Source: Polaromonas sp.
Lineage (GTDB): Bacteria; Pseudomonadota; Gammaproteobacteria; Burkholderiales; Burkholderiaceae_C
Length of the DNA: 58,934 nucleotides
Assembly: GCA_043772355.1 (NCBI GenBank)
Contig: JAYVGI010000171.1
Span: 1-58,934, forward strand
Direction: 5' to 3'
Shown here one piece after another: positions 57,140-58,934 of the stretch. The position numbers and the translations under genes were made by a program. Every line of letters begins with the position of its first letter. The stretch's first letter is position 1. Below the pieces are notes generated by a model, which did no database searches, was not told the DNA's origin, and saw nothing but the letters and a program-made list of their open reading frames with translations.

Positions 57140-57400
57140 GCGAGGGTCAAGTCTCCCGTTTCCCATTTCTACGTAATCAGTTTCGACTAATGCGCAAGCA
57201 TCTGCCAATCCATCTTCACTGAACGCAGTCAAAAATCGGGGTCAAATGAAATTAAACCGGCCAGGAGAGTCAAGTCTCCCATTTCCCATTTCCCATTTTC
57301 ATGCAGTCAACTCGTTATCAGCATAAGCGCTGCAAGTCATTTTTCACACCGAAAACGCTATTTATTACGTAGCTGCTCTCGCTGTATTTCAAAGGTAAGC
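57140..57400 (+). repeat. Island composite repeats: type B 5' half (57140-57260) followed by type A (57263-57400)
   Basis: gagggtcaagtctcccgtttcccatttctacgtaatcag...aaaaatcggggtcaaatgaaattaaaccgg, then ccaggagagtcaagtctcccatttcccatttcccatttt...ctatttattacgtagctgctctcgc. Confidence 0.75.
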
Positions 57401-57610
57401 GTCCGGTAAACCCATCTTGCACTCAAGCGCCCAAGCACGCACAAGCGCAAGGGTCAGGTCTTGAAATGCAACATCGTAAGCCTTTGGAACACCTGTCTTG
57501 AAGACGGTTTTGACCGTGGTAACGCATCCAAGGTTACGGGGCTCTCCCAGCGCCTTGCGCTCGCACTAAAGCGGCAGTCTTGAGCGGCTTCAAGGCGTCT
57601 ATCCTCCGTC

Positions 57611-57652
57611 GGCCTATGAGAAATATGCGCAAGCAGCTACGCAATGCAGAGC
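57611..57652 (-). repeat. ATAGCTGCT-type dispersed repeat copy
   Basis: The reverse complement is gctctgcattgcgtagctgcttgcgcatatttctcataggcc. Confidence 0.65.
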
Positions 57653-57700
57653 ATCTATTTTCTCAATTGCGTGCTTTTTTCATAGCCTTTGCTCAATCCC

Positions 57701-57901
57701 TTACCCCATCGCCTCCACCAGCTCAATCTCGCGTTGGAGCAAATCATTGACCAAGGCCGACAAGTCAATGCCCTTGGCCTGCGCTTTGGCAGCCAGGTAG
57801 CCTTGCACCCGCTCGTCCAGATACACGGGGAGTTGAAATACCGCGTTAGCTTGGTAGAACTTGCCGCGTTGGCCTTTTGAAAAGTCGTAATGTTCGTTCA
57901 T
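57701..57901 (-). CDS. brnA: BrnA-type antitoxin (RHH/CopG-like)
   Basis: 66 aa. MNEHYDFSKGQRGKFYQ...VYLDERVQGYLAAKAQAKGIDLSALVNDLL, downstream of brnT in the toxin-first order typical of BrnTA. Confidence 0.8.
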   Translation of the reverse strand: MNEHYDFSKGQRGKFYQANAVFQLPVYLDERVQGYLAAKAQAKGIDLSALVNDLLQREIELVEAMG

Positions 57902-57946
57902 GCTATCACCTTAAAAGTGGGTACTTTGACAACCGTTTTAGCTACC

Positions 57947-58273
57947 TTATCGCGGGGCCTGCTCATAGTCTTGTCGCTCTTGCTTATCCGCCTTGCGGGC
58001 GGAGATTAGCCGCACCTCAATGTGCTGGGCATCTAGCTGCACAAAGGTGTGTACCACCACCAATGTTTGGCCATTTTCAGCCTGCCCCATGCTCACCCAG
58101 CGCTCTTCCTGGTCGCTATGCTCATCATCGTAAATCGTTAGGGCCAAGGGGTCATGCAGGACAGTGCTAGCCAACTGAAATGTCACCCCATCGTGCTTTT
58201 GCACGTTGGTGCGCTCCTTGTTGGAATCCCATTCAAAACGGTACAGCGGCCTGGGTGTCATGCTCGCCATCAT
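57947..58273 (-). CDS. brnT: BrnT-family (DUF497) toxin
   Basis: 108 aa. ...YRFEWDSNKERTNVQKHDGVTFQLASTVLHDPLALTIYDDEHSDQEERWVSMG...LVVVHTF...IRLISARKADKQERQDY is the typical BrnT pattern. Confidence 0.85.
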   Translation of the reverse strand: MMASMTPRPLYRFEWDSNKERTNVQKHDGVTFQLASTVLHDPLALTIYDDEHSDQEERWVSMGQAENGQTLVVVHTFVQLDAQHIEVRLISARKADKQERQDYEQAPR

Positions 58274-58335
58274 ACCCGCCTAAGAATTCGATTTCAAAAC
58301 CGATCTGCTGGATCAGCCCGAAGAAATAGACCCTC

Positions 58336-58859
58336 AGCACCAGCCGCAGCCGGTACGATGTCAACGGCAACCTGACAGCCGTCACCGACGACAACCAGCC
58401 AGCCAACAACCGCAGCCTCATCAACGACCTGAGCGGCAAAGCCCTGCAGGTCAGCCAGCAAGGCAACGTGCAGCGCCAACTGGTCGCGGGCGGCGAGGCA
58501 CTGGCCCGCTACGGTGTGGGCATTGACGAAGTCAACCCCCGGGACAGCAGCGGCAACCCCAACTTCGCCCCCATCGGCACCAGCAGCGGGGGCAGCGTCA
58601 TTGGGGCCATCCCCGGCCAAACGCGAAACGGCGCTGACTTTAACTTTGGCTACCAGCCCCTAAACTCAAATCATCACGGCAACTACCCCAGCGCCAGCGC
58701 ACGCCCAACCTGCTGCCAGCGCCTTGTGACGGCGGGGGCGGGGGTTGTGGAGCGATGGGGCAGATCTTGGTGCTAATTGTGGCCATTGTGGTTACGGTGC
58801 TGACTTATGGGGCAGCCACGGCCGCGCTTGGTACAAGCTTAGGGCCTGTTAACAAATAA
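58336..58859 (+). pseudogene. Toxin-gene fragment 3 (YD/pre-LysM segment fused by deletion to the Cys/TM helix; LysM missing; frameshifted; premature stop)
   Basis: Reads ...SRYDVNGNLTAVTDDNQPANNRSLINDLSGKALQVSQQGNVQRQLVAGGEALARYGVGIDEVNPRDSSGNPNFAPIG...GADFNFGYQPLNSNHHGNYPSASA. In another frame it then reads ...CGAMGQILVLIVAIVVTVLTYGAATAALGTSLGPVNK*, with the stop at 58857-58859. Confidence 0.7.
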
Positions 58860-58934
58860 CATAAGCAATATCAACCCGATAGAATTTGATAATTCCAATC
58901 ACCATGGAACTCATGTCGCACGAGCTTGATAGCC

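Noticed and set aside
50085-58934. Chromosomal integron / attC cassette array as an explanation for the cassette-like island.
   Set aside because: No intI-type integrase is present. The inter-cassette repeats lack the R''/R' (RYYYAAC…GTTRRRY) attC organisation and are not imperfect palindromes of attC type. Cassettes are also in mixed orientation. The analogy is kept only as an analogy in the findings.

Overview
This is a 58.9-kb window of high-GC DNA. The abundance of Bug/TctC binding proteins and the repeat families suggests a Burkholderiales, Comamonadaceae-like betaproteobacterium (inference only).

Positions 1-43.8 kb are chromosomal housekeeping and catabolic genes:
- a FimV-like protein, an MFS transporter, lexA with an SOS-box promoter, L-asparaginase, an S9 peptidase, MarR, an acyltransferase and a class-II-like Fic protein;
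- a sugar-acid cluster (UxaA/GarD-type dehydratase, enolase-superfamily enzyme, lactonase, GntR, Bug binding proteins, and an amidohydrolase with a Tat signal and lipobox);
- a protocatechuate 4,5-cleavage cluster (LysR, ligJ, ligK, ligI, ligA, ligB, ligC). It is interrupted by a DUF1016/YhcG nuclease gene with a Lys-rich tail, and it carries a tannase-family esterase that lacks the family's active-site cysteines;
- a soxX / SoxY-like / soxZ / soxA set with a non-canonical SoxY C-terminus;
- an IorAB-type molybdo-oxidoreductase and an aldo/keto reductase.

Positions 43.8-58.9 kb are an accessory island and the most interesting part of the window. It holds at least five + strand fragments of one polymorphic-toxin family. 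The shared scaffold is YD repeats, LysM, a Cys/TM helix, a Gly/Ala-rich region with repeated FxWKGVA, and a DAFGxALG junction. All fragments are 5'-truncated.
- Three fragments carry unrelated C-terminal toxin modules, each followed immediately by a small putative immunity gene: an HNH/WHH-like nuclease with a SUKH protein; an ADP-ribosyl-cyclase-like domain with a 100-aa ORF; and an unassigned domain with a DUF2059-like lipoprotein.
- These are interleaved with VapBC x2, BrnTA, a decayed VapBC pair, an orphan antitoxin and a truncated ORF6N gene.
- The modules are separated by composite repeats.

Several dispersed repeat families are visible by eye across the window. One copy sits in-frame inside the asparaginase gene. 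No rRNA, tRNA, CRISPR array, integrase or transposase was recognised. All family assignments come from motif recognition without database searches.
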